Shown here piece after piece: positions 1 through 10,035 of a stretch of 64,000 bases of DNA. Under the pieces are notes generated by a model, which was given only the letters and a program-made list of their open reading frames with translations, was not told where the DNA came from and ran no database searches. A program made the translations under genes and the position numbers. This DNA is from a virus (Duplodnaviria > Caudoviricetes): the IMG/VR virus record IMGVR_UViG_3300021387_000025, positions 1 to 64,000 of that record, one strand, 5' to 3'. Each line of letters opens with the position of its first letter. Position 1 is the first letter of the stretch.

Positions 1-704
1 TCAATATCTATTAAATGAACATTTTCATTACTGAGTTGTAACCATAAAGCTTCATTAATTTCTTCATACTTTTCTTTGGAAACCTACTAATTAAAAATTT
101 GATATTCAGCATTAGAAATATTGTTACAGAACATACAATGTTTTGAATTAGTTACAAATCCGCAGAAGAAACAATCATTCAAATCGCGACATTTATAGCA
201 AAAAGAACTTTCCTCTAAATTTGAACAGGAATTAATATCCTTACTCCAACTAATATGATAACTATTAATTATATCCTGAGAAGTTTTTATATTTTCTGAA
301 TCAGCAACTCTATTACTATCATTAATATTTTTACTATTAACAATATTTTCACTTTGAACTATGTCAATACTTGACATTATTTCTTTACTGTCAATAACTT
401 TTTCTCCATTATTAACATATTTTGAATTTATAATATTATTACTATTATAAATCCAATAGCTGTCTTCAACATCATGACTTCTTAATATATGATCACTATA
501 AAGTATATTACAACGATCATTATATATTTTTAGTTCTTCATTATTAAAATTAAAATAATGGCGAGCAAAATAAAGATCATCATAGTCTAAATCTTTATCC
601 TATAACAGTTCTGTTAACAAGGCGCCGTCTGGATATTTTTTAATAACATCAAACCAATGTTTGTAAGCTTTTATTTTACTTAATAACTCAGCTGTTATTT
701 TCAT
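1..704 (-). CDS. Hexapeptide-repeat (S-x-x-I/V-x-x) beta-solenoid-like protein with a Cys-rich C-terminal part; runs off the window; TAG=Gln
   Basis: ATG at 704 (MKITAELLSKIK) is in frame with track ORF 87..377. In-frame TAGs near 600 and tandem TAG-TAG at 84-89 give IFN-QQ-VSKEKYEEI, and the frame stays open to the window edge. Confidence 0.7.
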
Positions 705-1068
705 TAACTTCTGTAAATGGTGTACGAATTACGTTCCCATCTTTATCCTCCGAATAATTAAATGGATATTTATGTTCATGCATTATATATTCCATTCTTG
801 TATTTAATAGTTTAATTAAAGCCATTGTAGCTTGATTATTTTCAAAATATGCCATGACATACCGTTTATTTTTTCCAATCAACTCCGCGCCAAGTTTATC
901 TCGGGCATATCTAAGATAATCAGCATAAGTTAAATTTAAAACTCTTGCTACAATTACGTTAAAAGAACCAGAAGTACCATTTGGAAATAAAAATAAATCG
1001 TGATTAAGCTGAATAACATATTTATTTTTGTAAAAAGGAGATTCATCTAAATAAAAATATTTTTTCAT
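688..1068 (-). CDS. Hypothetical protein
   Basis: Track ORF 688..1086. The ATG at 1068 overlaps the upstream TGA (ATGA), so it is the likelier start. Confidence 0.7.
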   Translation of the reverse strand: MKKYFYLDESPFYKNKYVIQLNHDLFLFPNGTSGSFNVIVARVLNLTYADYLRYARDKLGAELIGKNKRYVMAYFENNQATMALIKLLNTRMEYIMHEHKYPFNYSEDKDGNVIRTPFTEVNENNS

Positions 1069-1352
1069 ACTTCTAATTCCTTCCATAATTCGCGTATTTC
1101 TTGTTCTTCTTCAGGACTTAACACACATAAATCACCCCAATCATCTCCCTGAAAAATAGAACTATCAAATTCAGGAAGGGGTCTTTCAAACCGAATAAAA
1201 TTTGATTCATCAACTTCTGACCAATCCTTAATAACATATTTTTTAACTGTTGCAGGACTAAAACCTGTTGCTCTTGCTACAGCCGCATATGTCTTTAATT
1301 CGAGATATAAGCGATTTATTTCGCGAATTTCTTTTTGAGTTATTACAGTCAT
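1065..1352 (-). CDS. Small HTH-like DNA-binding protein
   Basis: TYAAVARATGFSPATVKKY resembles a helix-turn-helix. AAAGGAG SD and a sigma-A promoter lie upstream. Confidence 0.65.
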   Translation of the reverse strand: MTVITQKEIREINRLYLELKTYAAVARATGFSPATVKKYVIKDWSEVDESNFIRFERPLPEFDSSIFQGDDWGDLCVLSPEEEQEIRELWKELEV

Positions 1353-1380
1353 TTTTCGCTCCTTTATTATTTCTGACTAT

Positions 1381-1409
1381 ATTATATTAAAAATTTTAAA
1401 AAAATTCAA
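1381..1409 (-). promoter_or_regulatory. Sigma-A-type promoter
   Basis: TTGAAT-N17-TATAAT on the minus strand. Confidence 0.7.
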
Positions 1410-1513
1410 ATTTTAGAATTTTTCAAGATTTCTTCCTTATATAAACGCGCAAGCGCGCACGCGAATAATAAATTTTAAATTAAAAATCAAGTTTTTAAAA
1501 AAATAGTAAAAAT

Positions 1514-1542
1514 TTGAAAATCTAAAAATTATTTGATATAAT
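1514..1542 (+). promoter_or_regulatory. Sigma-A-type promoter with extended -10
   Basis: TTGAAA-N17-TATAAT with TGn before the -10; AAAGGAG SD before ATG 1569. Confidence 0.75.
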
Positions 1543-1568
1543 ATTTATATATAAAAAGGAGTGAAGTT

Positions 1569-1970
1569 ATGAATAAAAGTGAATTTGATTTATTAGACCG
1601 TATTGTCGATGTTACATATGTAAATCTTTATACTCTTTCTAAAGATACAAATATAATTCGATTATCAAAAGTAAATATTAAAAATGATAAACATTGGGCA
1701 TTATTAAATATTACCAGTCAAGTCTGTACTTTATTAGAACGTACAGCTTATTTAGATATGCCATTTTTTGATTATTTGAAAATGCAAATACGATTAAAAA
1801 ATAAAAAATTAAAATGGCATAAAAATAATGGTATTACTTGTGACCAATTTATTAATCATATTGAAGATGCTAATACTGAAATTTTAAGTAATCCATTTAT
1901 TGATATTACAAATAAATATTTTCCAAGAAAGGTAAAACATGAAAATTTACACAGACGGCGCGACAAGTAA
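1569..1970 (+). CDS. Hypothetical protein
   Basis: 133-aa ORF with promoter and SD. Confidence 0.7.
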   Translation: MNKSEFDLLDRIVDVTYVNLYTLSKDTNIIRLSKVNIKNDKHWALLNITSQVCTLLERTAYLDMPFFDYLKMQIRLKNKKLKWHKNNGITCDQFINHIEDANTEILSNPFIDITNKYFPRKVKHENLHRRRDK

Positions 1971-2385
1971 TAATGGCTATGAAGGTGCAAAAGGCGGCTG
2001 GGCGTGGGTTATTGTGAATGAAAACAATAAAATCGCCCACCAAGGTTATGGAACAGATCTAAATGTTACAAATAATCAATGTGAACTTATGGCTTTAATT
2101 GAAGCTTGTGAAGCGGCAGAACAAATTGGAGGAATTTTTGAGGTATATAGTGATTCTGCATATTGTATTAATTGCTATGAACAAAAATGGTATAAGAAAT
2201 GGCAAACTAATGGATGGGTAAACTCTAAAAAAGAACCAGTTGCTAATTCTTATTTATGGAAGCTATTAATTCCTTATTTTGAAAAATCTAATTTTAAATT
2301 TTATAAAGTAAAAGGCCATGCTGATGATAAATGGAACAATTACGTTGATCGCATGGCGGTGGAGGCAAAAAATTTAAATGGTTAA
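1939..2385 (+). CDS. rnhA: Ribonuclease HI
   Basis: IYTDGA, TNNQCEL, YSDSAY, VKGHA and NNYVDRMA RNase H motifs. Confidence 0.95.
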   Translation: MKIYTDGATSNNGYEGAKGGWAWVIVNENNKIAHQGYGTDLNVTNNQCELMALIEACEAAEQIGGIFEVYSDSAYCINCYEQKWYKKWQTNGWVNSKKEPVANSYLWKLLIPYFEKSNFKFYKVKGHADDKWNNYVDRMAVEAKNLNG

Positions 2386-3328
2386 TGTAATTATACCAGT
2401 ATATCATTCGCGTGAAACGTTACCAAATACTCTACTTTCATTATTAAATCAAACAACAAAAAATTTTTTTATTACGATAGTAAATGATTGTGATGGAGAA
2501 AATTATACAGATATAATAAATAAATTTACCAATGAGGGATTGCGCATTGTCTATCTGCCATTAGCAGAAAATGTTGGTCCAGGTTTAGCCCGACAAGCTG
2601 CAATGGATGCAGATAATACGTCTGAATTTTTTATGTTATGCGATTCAGATGACTTACTAATGCCGCAAGCAGTTGAATCATTATTAAGAAGCATCACTTT
2701 AAAAGAGCTAAACATCGTTGCTTCAAGTTTTTTACGACATGAAAAAGATCATAACTTGTTGCAAGACGTTACTGAAACAGCTATTACATGGTGTGCAGGT
2801 AAAATTTATCGAGCCGAATATCTTAAGAAAAATAATATACGTTTTCATCCCTATCTTAGATTAAATGAAGATTCATATTTTAATGTTGTTGCTTGGAATT
2901 CCACGCAAAAGCGCGGGCAATTAAATGAAGTCACAGTTTTAGTAATGGACAATACTAATTCATTAACTCGTAAAGAAGGACGTGAAAAATTTTTTATCAA
3001 AGGCTGGGAGCAATATATTTTATCTCAAGTTGACGGACTGCAAGAAATATATAAACAAACTCTCACGATGAATCCGTAGATCGCCGCAAGAACATTGGTA
3101 TATTTATATCACGAAACAATGATTGCTATGAGTCTAAATTTACCACTAAATCAATCAAAAATTTACTTAAAAAAATTAAATAAGCATTGGATGAATGAAT
3201 GTATGAACAAAGCAGAATTTTGGAGAGAAGTGGCTGCTAGTTGTCAGGGTGCAATTACATTTAATAACACAATAATTTTTCCAAAAATTAGCTTTGATGA
3301 ATGGTTAAAATGGGGTAAAGAAGAATGA
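2378..3328 (+). CDS. Family 2 glycosyltransferase (TAG=Gln at 3077-3079)
   Basis: VIIPVY, IVNDC, GPGLARQ, DSDD and NEDSYF GT-A motifs. Track ORFs 2378..3079 and 3095..3328 are in the same frame. Confidence 0.85.
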
Positions 3329-3861
3329 GTATTTTTATAGTAAATGGCGCGCCAGGTAGCGGTAAAACTACCTTTGAATATTTTGTAGATGAAGCAGCTT
3401 ACAGATATGGTTATTCTGTTTTTATTGATTCAACAATTAATTTTGTAAAGTAGATTGCGGCGATATGTGGCTGGAATGGAGATAAAACCCCTAAAAATCG
3501 AAAATTCTTGTCAGATTTAAAGGATTTATTAACTTCTTGGGATGATGTTCCAATTAAAAAAATTAAACAAAATTTAGAAAATTATAAATCTGAATTGAGA
3601 TTAAGTAATTTAGATTTCAATCATTACGGAATTATTTTTATAGACTCTAGAGAACCTCAAGAAATTAAACGATTATGCAAAGAATTAAATGCAAAATCAA
3701 TTTTAATTGATAGAAAAGATGTAGACAAAAATGCTGTCAATTCTAATCATGCGGATTCAGAAGTTTATAATTATGAATATGATATTGTTATTGATAATAA
3801 TGGAACATTATCTGATTTAAAGAAAAAAGCAATTACTTTTATAGAAAAAGACCTCGTATAA
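3325..3861 (+). CDS. Deoxynucleoside monophosphate kinase-like P-loop protein (TAG=Gln at 3451-3453)
   Basis: ATG 3325 overlaps the previous TGA. NGAPGSGKTT P-loop, GWNGDK..RKFL, IFIDSREP and IDNNG motifs. Confidence 0.85.
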
Positions 3862-3878
3862 AACGAGGTCTTCTTTTT
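3846..3878. terminator. Bidirectional intrinsic terminator
   Basis: AAAAGACCTCGT-ATAAA-ACGAGGTCTTCTTTT between convergent genes. Confidence 0.8.
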
Positions 3879-4314
3879 AATCTTCTTCTGCTAAATCTTG
3901 GTAAGAAATTGTATCAATTTCCCATTTACAGATCTCTTGATAAAGAAGCGTTGCATAACTATTACCTTTTAATTGTTTAACATAAATTTCATATGTCTTA
4001 TCTGCACTTTTTCTTTCATATAATGGAATTTTTTTCTAAGCTTGATATTTATAATAAATATTTTTTAAAGTGTTTCGGCATTGCTATCTTGATACCTCTT
4101 GAATAGCTTCAAAACCAGTGGCAAGTTTTTCAATATCAGCTTTAATAGCAGAAATATCCTCTGCCTAATGCTAATTTTCATCTTTTAAATCTTTGGTTTC
4201 TTTTGCAAATATACTTTTTATAGCTGCGCGGCCGCCTTTGGTGCAAAGTGTAATTAAAGAAATTGCAGAAAGCACAAGACCAATAATTGCAGCAATGTTT
4301 TTAATAGTTTCCAT
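3877..4314 (-). CDS. Putative holin-like membrane protein (4 TAG=Gln); absent from the ORF track
   Basis: METIKNIAAIIGLVLSAISLITLC transmembrane segment, then a coiled coil and a Y..LKGNSY motif like Gram-positive phage holin-type proteins. AAGGAGG SD; ends in TAA. Confidence 0.65.
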
Positions 4315-4345
4315 TAAGAGCCTCCTTATACCATTCCTCATAAAG

Positions 4346-4372
4346 AAGTAGAGAAAGCTCTCCTCTTATTTA
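4346..4372 (-). promoter_or_regulatory. Putative phage-specific (late) promoter TAAA-N17-CTACTT
   Basis: The same spacing recurs at 18507, 32206 and 50372. Lies about 32 nt upstream of the holin-like ATG. Confidence 0.6.
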
Positions 4373-4752
4373 AGTTTTTGATTCCTCCAAGCCTCGTCAT
4401 TATGAAATTTTGAACGAGCTAAAAATTTATCTTGAAACAAATCATCTAAAATTTGAATGTTTCCAATTTCCCAATATGGTATACAATAAATTTTTATATC
4501 ATTTGCAAGACAATAGGAGATTTTGCGTCTATCGCGCTCTTGTGCTTTGAGAAAATCAGAACGATTTGAATAGAATTGCTTTGTATATATATAATGCTGT
4601 GCGCCATTGACTTCTATAGCACACTTTTGAGTTGGAAGATAAAAATCAAATCTATATAAGCCATTATATAGATCTTTAAATTGTTTTTCCTATTCGAATT
4701 GTACGCCCGATTCAACAAGAATCGAGCGCACAACTTTTTCAAATGTACTCAT
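4366..4752 (-). CDS. DUF559/Vsr-like PD-(D/E)XK endonuclease (1 TAG=Gln)
   Basis: FE-Q-EKQF, YRFDFYLP, IEVNGAQHY, RDRRK..YC and IPYWE. The start overlaps the ligase stop. Confidence 0.8.
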
Positions 4753-5870
4753 CATTCAACTTGTTCTAAACCGCATTCCTCTGCTGTTTTATCACTCCTA
4801 ATTTGTTTTAAGCGTGGATGCCTAATTCCTGTAAATTTATTATTACCGTCTCGCATTAATTGCATTCCAGTAATTTCAGCCACTTTTCCTTTATAATTTT
4901 TCCAATTTTGAAGCATTTCTTCAGTTAATCCACTTAATGAACCAATAGGAACATATTTTTTATTATTTGAATTGTATAATCCAATAATAAAACTACCTGC
5001 CCATCCATGCCAATAAGGTTTAGTTACAGGTTCAATAGGTTCTCCATCACTATAATGTTTATAATAATCACCATTTAACTTTTCACCCGTCATAACATTT
5101 TCCCAATAGGGCCAAGTGGTGATTTCTTTTCCGCCATAAAGACGAGTGGGAGGATTAGCACCAAGAATAACAACGTCAATATTTTCTTGAAGCTCTTTTT
5201 TAACTTTAAATGTCTGGCGCGCAGGACGCTTACCAGGCTGATAGCATGTTCCTTTTTTAGTGATTACAATGCCTTCACCGCCTTCTGCGAGAATCGTCTG
5301 AAGCCGATTCCAAAGCTCAACTCCTTCGAAATATTCAGCCCACTCATGATAATTTTCGCCATAAGCCCGCCATCCGAGAATTAATTCTTCAACTCTATCT
5401 TCAATTGGCATCTTAAGATATGATTTTCCGTCATAAGCAAGAACATCAAATATATAATAATGAAGTTTTTCCCCGGCTTCTTGGCGCGCGATGGCTTTTT
5501 CTTTTAAGCACCCCATAATAGATGTTACATGATTAGAGCCTTCGTTATTTGGAAAATAGATTTCGCCAAGTAAACAAGTTCCATTTGGAAGATCATCAAA
5601 GAAAGACTGAAGCTGCGGAACCCACTCAATTTTGTTAAGATAATCGCCTGATACGCTTTTACTGCGCCCAAGTAATTCCATATTACCATCTTCATCTTTT
5701 ATAAATTTATAAAAAGCGCCATCCATCTTTCGCGCGCCAAGGTAGTCTCCAGAAAAAATAGCGTTGTGAACTTCTTTCTTTTTTCGATCTTCATCCCATG
5801 TCGAAGGCGGCGTCCAATACTTTTGTGCTGGAAGTTCGTGAAAATCAATATTATCAATATAACCCTTCAT
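4752..5870 (-). CDS. ATP-dependent DNA ligase
   Basis: RKMDG adenylation motif, LLGEIY, YIFDVL, EGIVI, KVK and IRHPR. SD before ATG 5870; no TAG. Confidence 0.9.
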   Translation of the reverse strand: MKGYIDNIDFHELPAQKYWTPPSTWDEDRKKKEVHNAIFSGDYLGARKMDGAFYKFIKDEDGNMELLGRSKSVSGDYLNKIEWVPQLQSFFDDLPNGTCLLGEIYFPNNEGSNHVTSIMGCLKEKAIARQEAGEKLHYYIFDVLAYDGKSYLKMPIEDRVEELILGWRAYGENYHEWAEYFEGVELWNRLQTILAEGGEGIVITKKGTCYQPGKRPARQTFKVKKELQENIDVVILGANPPTRLYGGKEITTWPYWENVMTGEKLNGDYYKHYSDGEPIEPVTKPYWHGWAGSFIIGLYNSNNKKYVPIGSLSGLTEEMLQNWKNYKGKVAEITGMQLMRDGNNKFTGIRHPRLKQIRSDKTAEECGLEQVE

Positions 5871-5898
5871 TATAATACTCCTTTCATTTTCTAAAATA

Positions 5899-5965
5899 AT
5901 TATACAATATTTTTTCAAAAAAATCAAATTTGAAACTTGAAAATTATTTGAAGTTTTGATATAAT
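5899..5965. promoter_or_regulatory. Back-to-back sigma-A-type promoters
   Basis: Minus strand TTGATT-N17-TATAAT (5899-5927); plus strand TTGAAA-N17-TATAAT (5937-5965). Confidence 0.75.
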
Positions 5966-5997
5966 GAAATTATAATAAATAATGGAGATTTAATAAA

Positions 5998-6969
5998 ATG
6001 ATATATTTATGTATTTTATGTGCAGTTTTAATAGTTGCTTTAATAATTGTTATTAATGTTTATAATAAAAATAAAAAAATTAATTTTGAATAGTATAAAG
6101 AAAAATATGCAGAATAGTTAAAATAGTAGTATGAAAGTATTATTACAGCGACTCATCAGACTGATTCAGAGCTAAAAACTAAAAAAGAAAAACTTAATTC
6201 AATTGAGAAAGAAATAGAATCAAAAGCTAAATTTAACAAAACAGTTCATCAAATGCGTGAGCAAGAATTGGACCGTTTAATTGAAGAAGAAAAGGAGCAT
6301 AAACTTGCATTAGTAGAACTTGAAGTTTAGGACTGGGCGGCCTCTGCGCAAGAAGTCGCAAGAGATAATTATAATTAGCTTTTAATTGATTAGGAAAGAG
6401 AAATTCGTACAAAGCAAGAACAGGTTAAATATTTAATTACATAGCTGGCAGAATAGCAATCTAAAATAGAAGCAGTAAATAAAGAAATTCTTCGAAGGCG
6501 CGCCATAGAAGAAAAACATGAATTTTATTGTATTTAGATTAGTGATAGTGCTAAAAATGATATAGCCATTTTAAATGAAATTAGACCAAAATTGTCAAAT
6601 CTTGAAATTTTTAACAAATTTATATATGATAATTATATTGCTAAACCAACAAAAGAAATGATTTAGAGAGTGCTAGCCGGTCGCAATCCATCTGGCATTT
6701 ATAAAATCACAAATATTGATACACACGAGTCTTATATAGGTAAATCTGTTAAAATTTCTGACAGATGGATTAATCATGTTAAGGGCGCGGTTGGTCTTAG
6801 CGGAATTGCAGAATCACAATTTCAACGAGCTTTAAAGAAATATGGAGTTGATAAATTTACTTGGGAAGTCTTAGAAGAAGTAAATAAAGATGAATTATCA
6901 GCCAGGGAAAAATATTGGATTACCTTTTATCAGACAAAAGAATATGGATATAATCAAAGGGAGGGTTAA
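5998..6969 (+). CDS. Membrane-anchored coiled-coil protein with a C-terminal GIY-YIG nuclease domain (11 TAG=Gln)
   Basis: MIYLCILCAVLIVALIIVINVY transmembrane helix, about 190 aa of E/K/Q-rich helical sequence, then GIYKITN..SYIGKS..RW..H..REKYWI..GYN. In frame with track ORF 6670..6969. Confidence 0.85.
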
Positions 6970-7979
6970 TGAATCTTTCAAAACTACAAGAACAAATTAT
7001 AAATTCAAAATATGACAGAATAGTTGTACTTTCAAGCGCGGCCAGCGGTAAAACTCGTTTGATGACGGAAAAAGTACGCCAATTATTACGAAATGGAGTC
7101 GATCCAAAAGAAATAGCTGTTATAACCTTTACAAACATGGCGGCCGCTGAGTTAAAAGAACGACTGGGAGAAGACTATAAAAGTGGTTTATTTGTCGGAA
7201 CCATTCACGCACTTGCTAATTATTTTTTACTATCTGCGGGGATTAATACTGGAGCTGTCTTAGATAACGAAGATTTTGATAAATTATTTTTTATGGTAAA
7301 ACAAAATTCAGCTTGTGTTAAGCACTTAGAATGGATTTTACTGGATGAAGCACAAGATTCTGATGAAATGCAATTTGAATTTTTATTTAAAATGATTAAT
7401 CCAAAGCATTTTTTTCTATGTGGCGACACAAAACAATGTATTTATCAGTTTAAAGGATCGGAGCCAGAATTGTTATTAGATCTTACAGAACAAGAAGATG
7501 TATATACATATAATATGAACGAAAACTATCGCAATGGTTCTAAAATTCTATCTTTCGCGCGCAAATTGATCCAACCAACAGGACAATGGGATACGTCAAT
7601 CCCTATGAGAGAAAATGAGGGAGAAGTATTTGAGACAAAATTTAATCCAAAAGGTATTATATATGAGATCAAAAAAGATCCTCAATACAATAATTGGGCA
7701 ATTTTATGTCGAACCAATAAACAAATTTCTCAAATCAGTGAGGTTTTAAGAGGTGCTGGGCTTCCATTCGAAACCTTCCGTCAAGGGGATCTAACTAAAG
7801 ATGAATTAGTTACAAAATTAAAAGAAAACACAATCAAAGTTTTAACAGTACATAGCGCGAAAGGATTGGAATGGAACAATGTAATTGTTTATGGAATGAA
7901 ATATTACAGTCCAGAAGAACGAAATGTTTGCTATGTCGCAGCAACAAGAGCAAGAGATCTGTTAATTTGGATAAAATAA
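6969..7979 (+). CDS. Compact UvrD/Rep-family SF1 helicase
   Basis: AASGKT, ITFTNMAA, GTIHA, LDEAQD, GDTKQCIYQF, ENYR, TVHSAKGLEW and YVAATRAR motifs; no TAG. Confidence 0.92.
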   Translation: MNLSKLQEQIINSKYDRIVVLSSAASGKTRLMTEKVRQLLRNGVDPKEIAVITFTNMAAAELKERLGEDYKSGLFVGTIHALANYFLLSAGINTGAVLDNEDFDKLFFMVKQNSACVKHLEWILLDEAQDSDEMQFEFLFKMINPKHFFLCGDTKQCIYQFKGSEPELLLDLTEQEDVYTYNMNENYRNGSKILSFARKLIQPTGQWDTSIPMRENEGEVFETKFNPKGIIYEIKKDPQYNNWAILCRTNKQISQISEVLRGAGLPFETFRQGDLTKDELVTKLKENTIKVLTVHSAKGLEWNNVIVYGMKYYSPEERNVCYVAATRARDLLIWIK

Positions 7980-8007
7980 AGGAGAGGCTTTAAGCCCCTC
8001 CTTTTTA
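7978..8007. terminator. Intrinsic terminator between convergent genes
   Basis: AAAGGAGAGGCTT-T-AAGCCCCTCCTTTTT. Confidence 0.75.
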
Positions 8008-8634
8008 TTATGGCGTATAACTTCCGTCTAAAATATCATCAATAGTCTCTGGCTAAATTGCACCAGGAATGTTTGCCCCATCTGATATTGTAGTAGTTGT
8101 AGTACCATTCTAATCTGTAATAGTTATTGTTGCTACACCATCGTTTTTTACAACATTCGCAGTCGGCGAATATCCATTTGTAACATTAAAAGTATTGGTA
8201 GTACTGTCCGTTAATGTAATTGTATACGTATCAGTTAAACCACTAGAACTAGTTTTAGAAATATTATCTATATTACTACCGGTATTACCTTTTTCACCCT
8301 TGGCCCCTCGAATCGAACCAGTAGTATAAGAAGTACCATCCGTAAAATTAATAGTTAAAGTATAATCCTAATTTAAAACTGCCGAAGAGATACCATTACC
8401 AGTATCACCTTTGTCGCCTTTATCACCCTTATTACCTTTTTCACCTTTATCTCCAACAGGTACTTCAAAATGGAAGTGCTTTCTTAGATATTCAACTATT
8501 GGTTCTGATCCAGGTGGTAACATCTCAATATCAGCAGTAAAGTCTAAAGATACTGGTCCAACAAAATTATCCATATTAAATTCAATTGGATTTGTATTAG
8601 ACTATATCGACATTGGTATAATTATATTATTCAT
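8008..8634 (-). CDS. Collagen-repeat tail fibre/appendage protein (4 TAG=Gln)
   Basis: GDKGEKGNKGDKGDKGDTG repeats and DYTLTINFTDG / TITITD-Q-NGTTT modules. Frame open from ATG 8634 to TAA 8008. Confidence 0.8.
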
Positions 8635-8939
8635 TGTATCACCCTGTTATGTAAATTATGATCTATGTTAATTATCTGAATGTCTGTTGAAGCACGGCTT
8701 CCATCATCATAGAAAAAATTTATTTGGCAATATAAACGACCTACTGGAATAGATAAAGTTTCTTCTTGAGTTAAGGAAACATAAATTGAGTCTGAATTAA
8801 TTTCTAATTCAGAATCGTCTTTTTCAATTAATGGATCTTTTTTATTCGCCGAAAAAGTTAAAATTACCTAGTCAGCAGTTGTTGGATCAAAATCTGGAGG
8901 AAAGGTAAAAGTAAAAGTAGGAGTTGTACCTTTATACAT
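8631..8939 (-). CDS. Small structural adaptor-like protein, MYKGTTPT type (1 TAG=Gln)
   Basis: GTTPTFTF...LTQEETL; AAGGAGG SD; TGA overlaps the next ATG. Confidence 0.7.
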
Positions 8940-8952
8940 TTAAAGACCTCCT

Positions 8953-9942
8953 TTAATCTATATATTTGCTTGAACAGAATCCATAAGTAGAACCAAATAT
9001 TACATAATCCCAAATTCGTCCATCACTGGCAGGCTTCTAATCACAAATTTGAACAATCGCACCTTTTGGCATAACCGTAAGACCTTTATAGAAAGCTCCG
9101 CATCCTTTTCTAAGCCAAAGATCAGTGGTTACCTTTCCTGTTTTTTGAGGAGATTTACGAAGAACATATTGCTTTTCAATCCAGCCTATATGCACATTTG
9201 CAATTTTAATTTGCCATCTATCTTTTCCCTCTCCAATCACTTCAAAGAGATTGGTTAAACCTAGCGCTGGCCAAGCTGCTAATAATGTAGAACCATTTTG
9301 ATCAGCGTATACTGGAACTGTTGCTTTACCATAAACTTCTCCAACCCATCCATCAAATGGAACTGGTTGCGGATTTGGATTTAATTCTGCCCACAATTGA
9401 GTTGTTGGTCCATAAGGAGAATAAGCACCTGTATAGTCTACAACACGACTTTCTCCAGATCTTTCCCAAGCACGATTTGAAATTGGCTCAAAGAGAATTC
9501 CTGCGCGACCTTCACGAATCGCTTTATCAGTTGATTCCCAACCGATGTGCATCGCAAGTCCGTTACCTACATCAAGGCCTATATGGCGGCCGGCACCACC
9601 CCAAGTAGTAAATAAAATTGAACCTGTTGGACCTGCTGCGAATGTATTATATTTTGAGCAATTATTAATTTGTCCGACTGAGTATTGATGATCTCCAGTA
9701 CAAACCCAACCAACAAAACCAGAGCAATCATCAGCCATGTGTCCAAGAGAATTCCGAACGATCTGGTTTTTCTCTTCAGCAGTGTAGCGCGCGAAGTAAG
9801 CCGGCTCTGCAGCAAAATAATTTCTAATTTGTGCTTCAGAAGTTAATCTAACATTCTTTGCACCATATAAATAAACATAATCATGCGATCTATAAGCCGC
9901 AATTGCTCTGTCAACAACCGTTGACCATTTTGTTTTTGCCAT
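8953..9942 (-). CDS. Endolysin: NlpC/P60-like peptidoglycan hydrolase with SH3b-like domains (TAG=Gln at 9037-9039)
   Basis: YLYGA, DCSGFV and HIGL catalytic motifs. Readthrough completes the last SH3b-like domain (WDYVIFGSTYGFCSSKYID). Confidence 0.8.
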
Positions 9943-10035
9943 TTTAGCCTCCTATAATATTTTTCATAATAGCTAATAATATGACTATTAAGCTATTAAA
10001 AATTAATTCTGGTAAATTAGAACTAATTTTAATTA

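Noticed and set aside
8305-8320. GGTTCGATTC T-loop-like motif on the minus strand
   Set aside because: It lies within the collagen gene (GSIRG) and has no cloverleaf around it.
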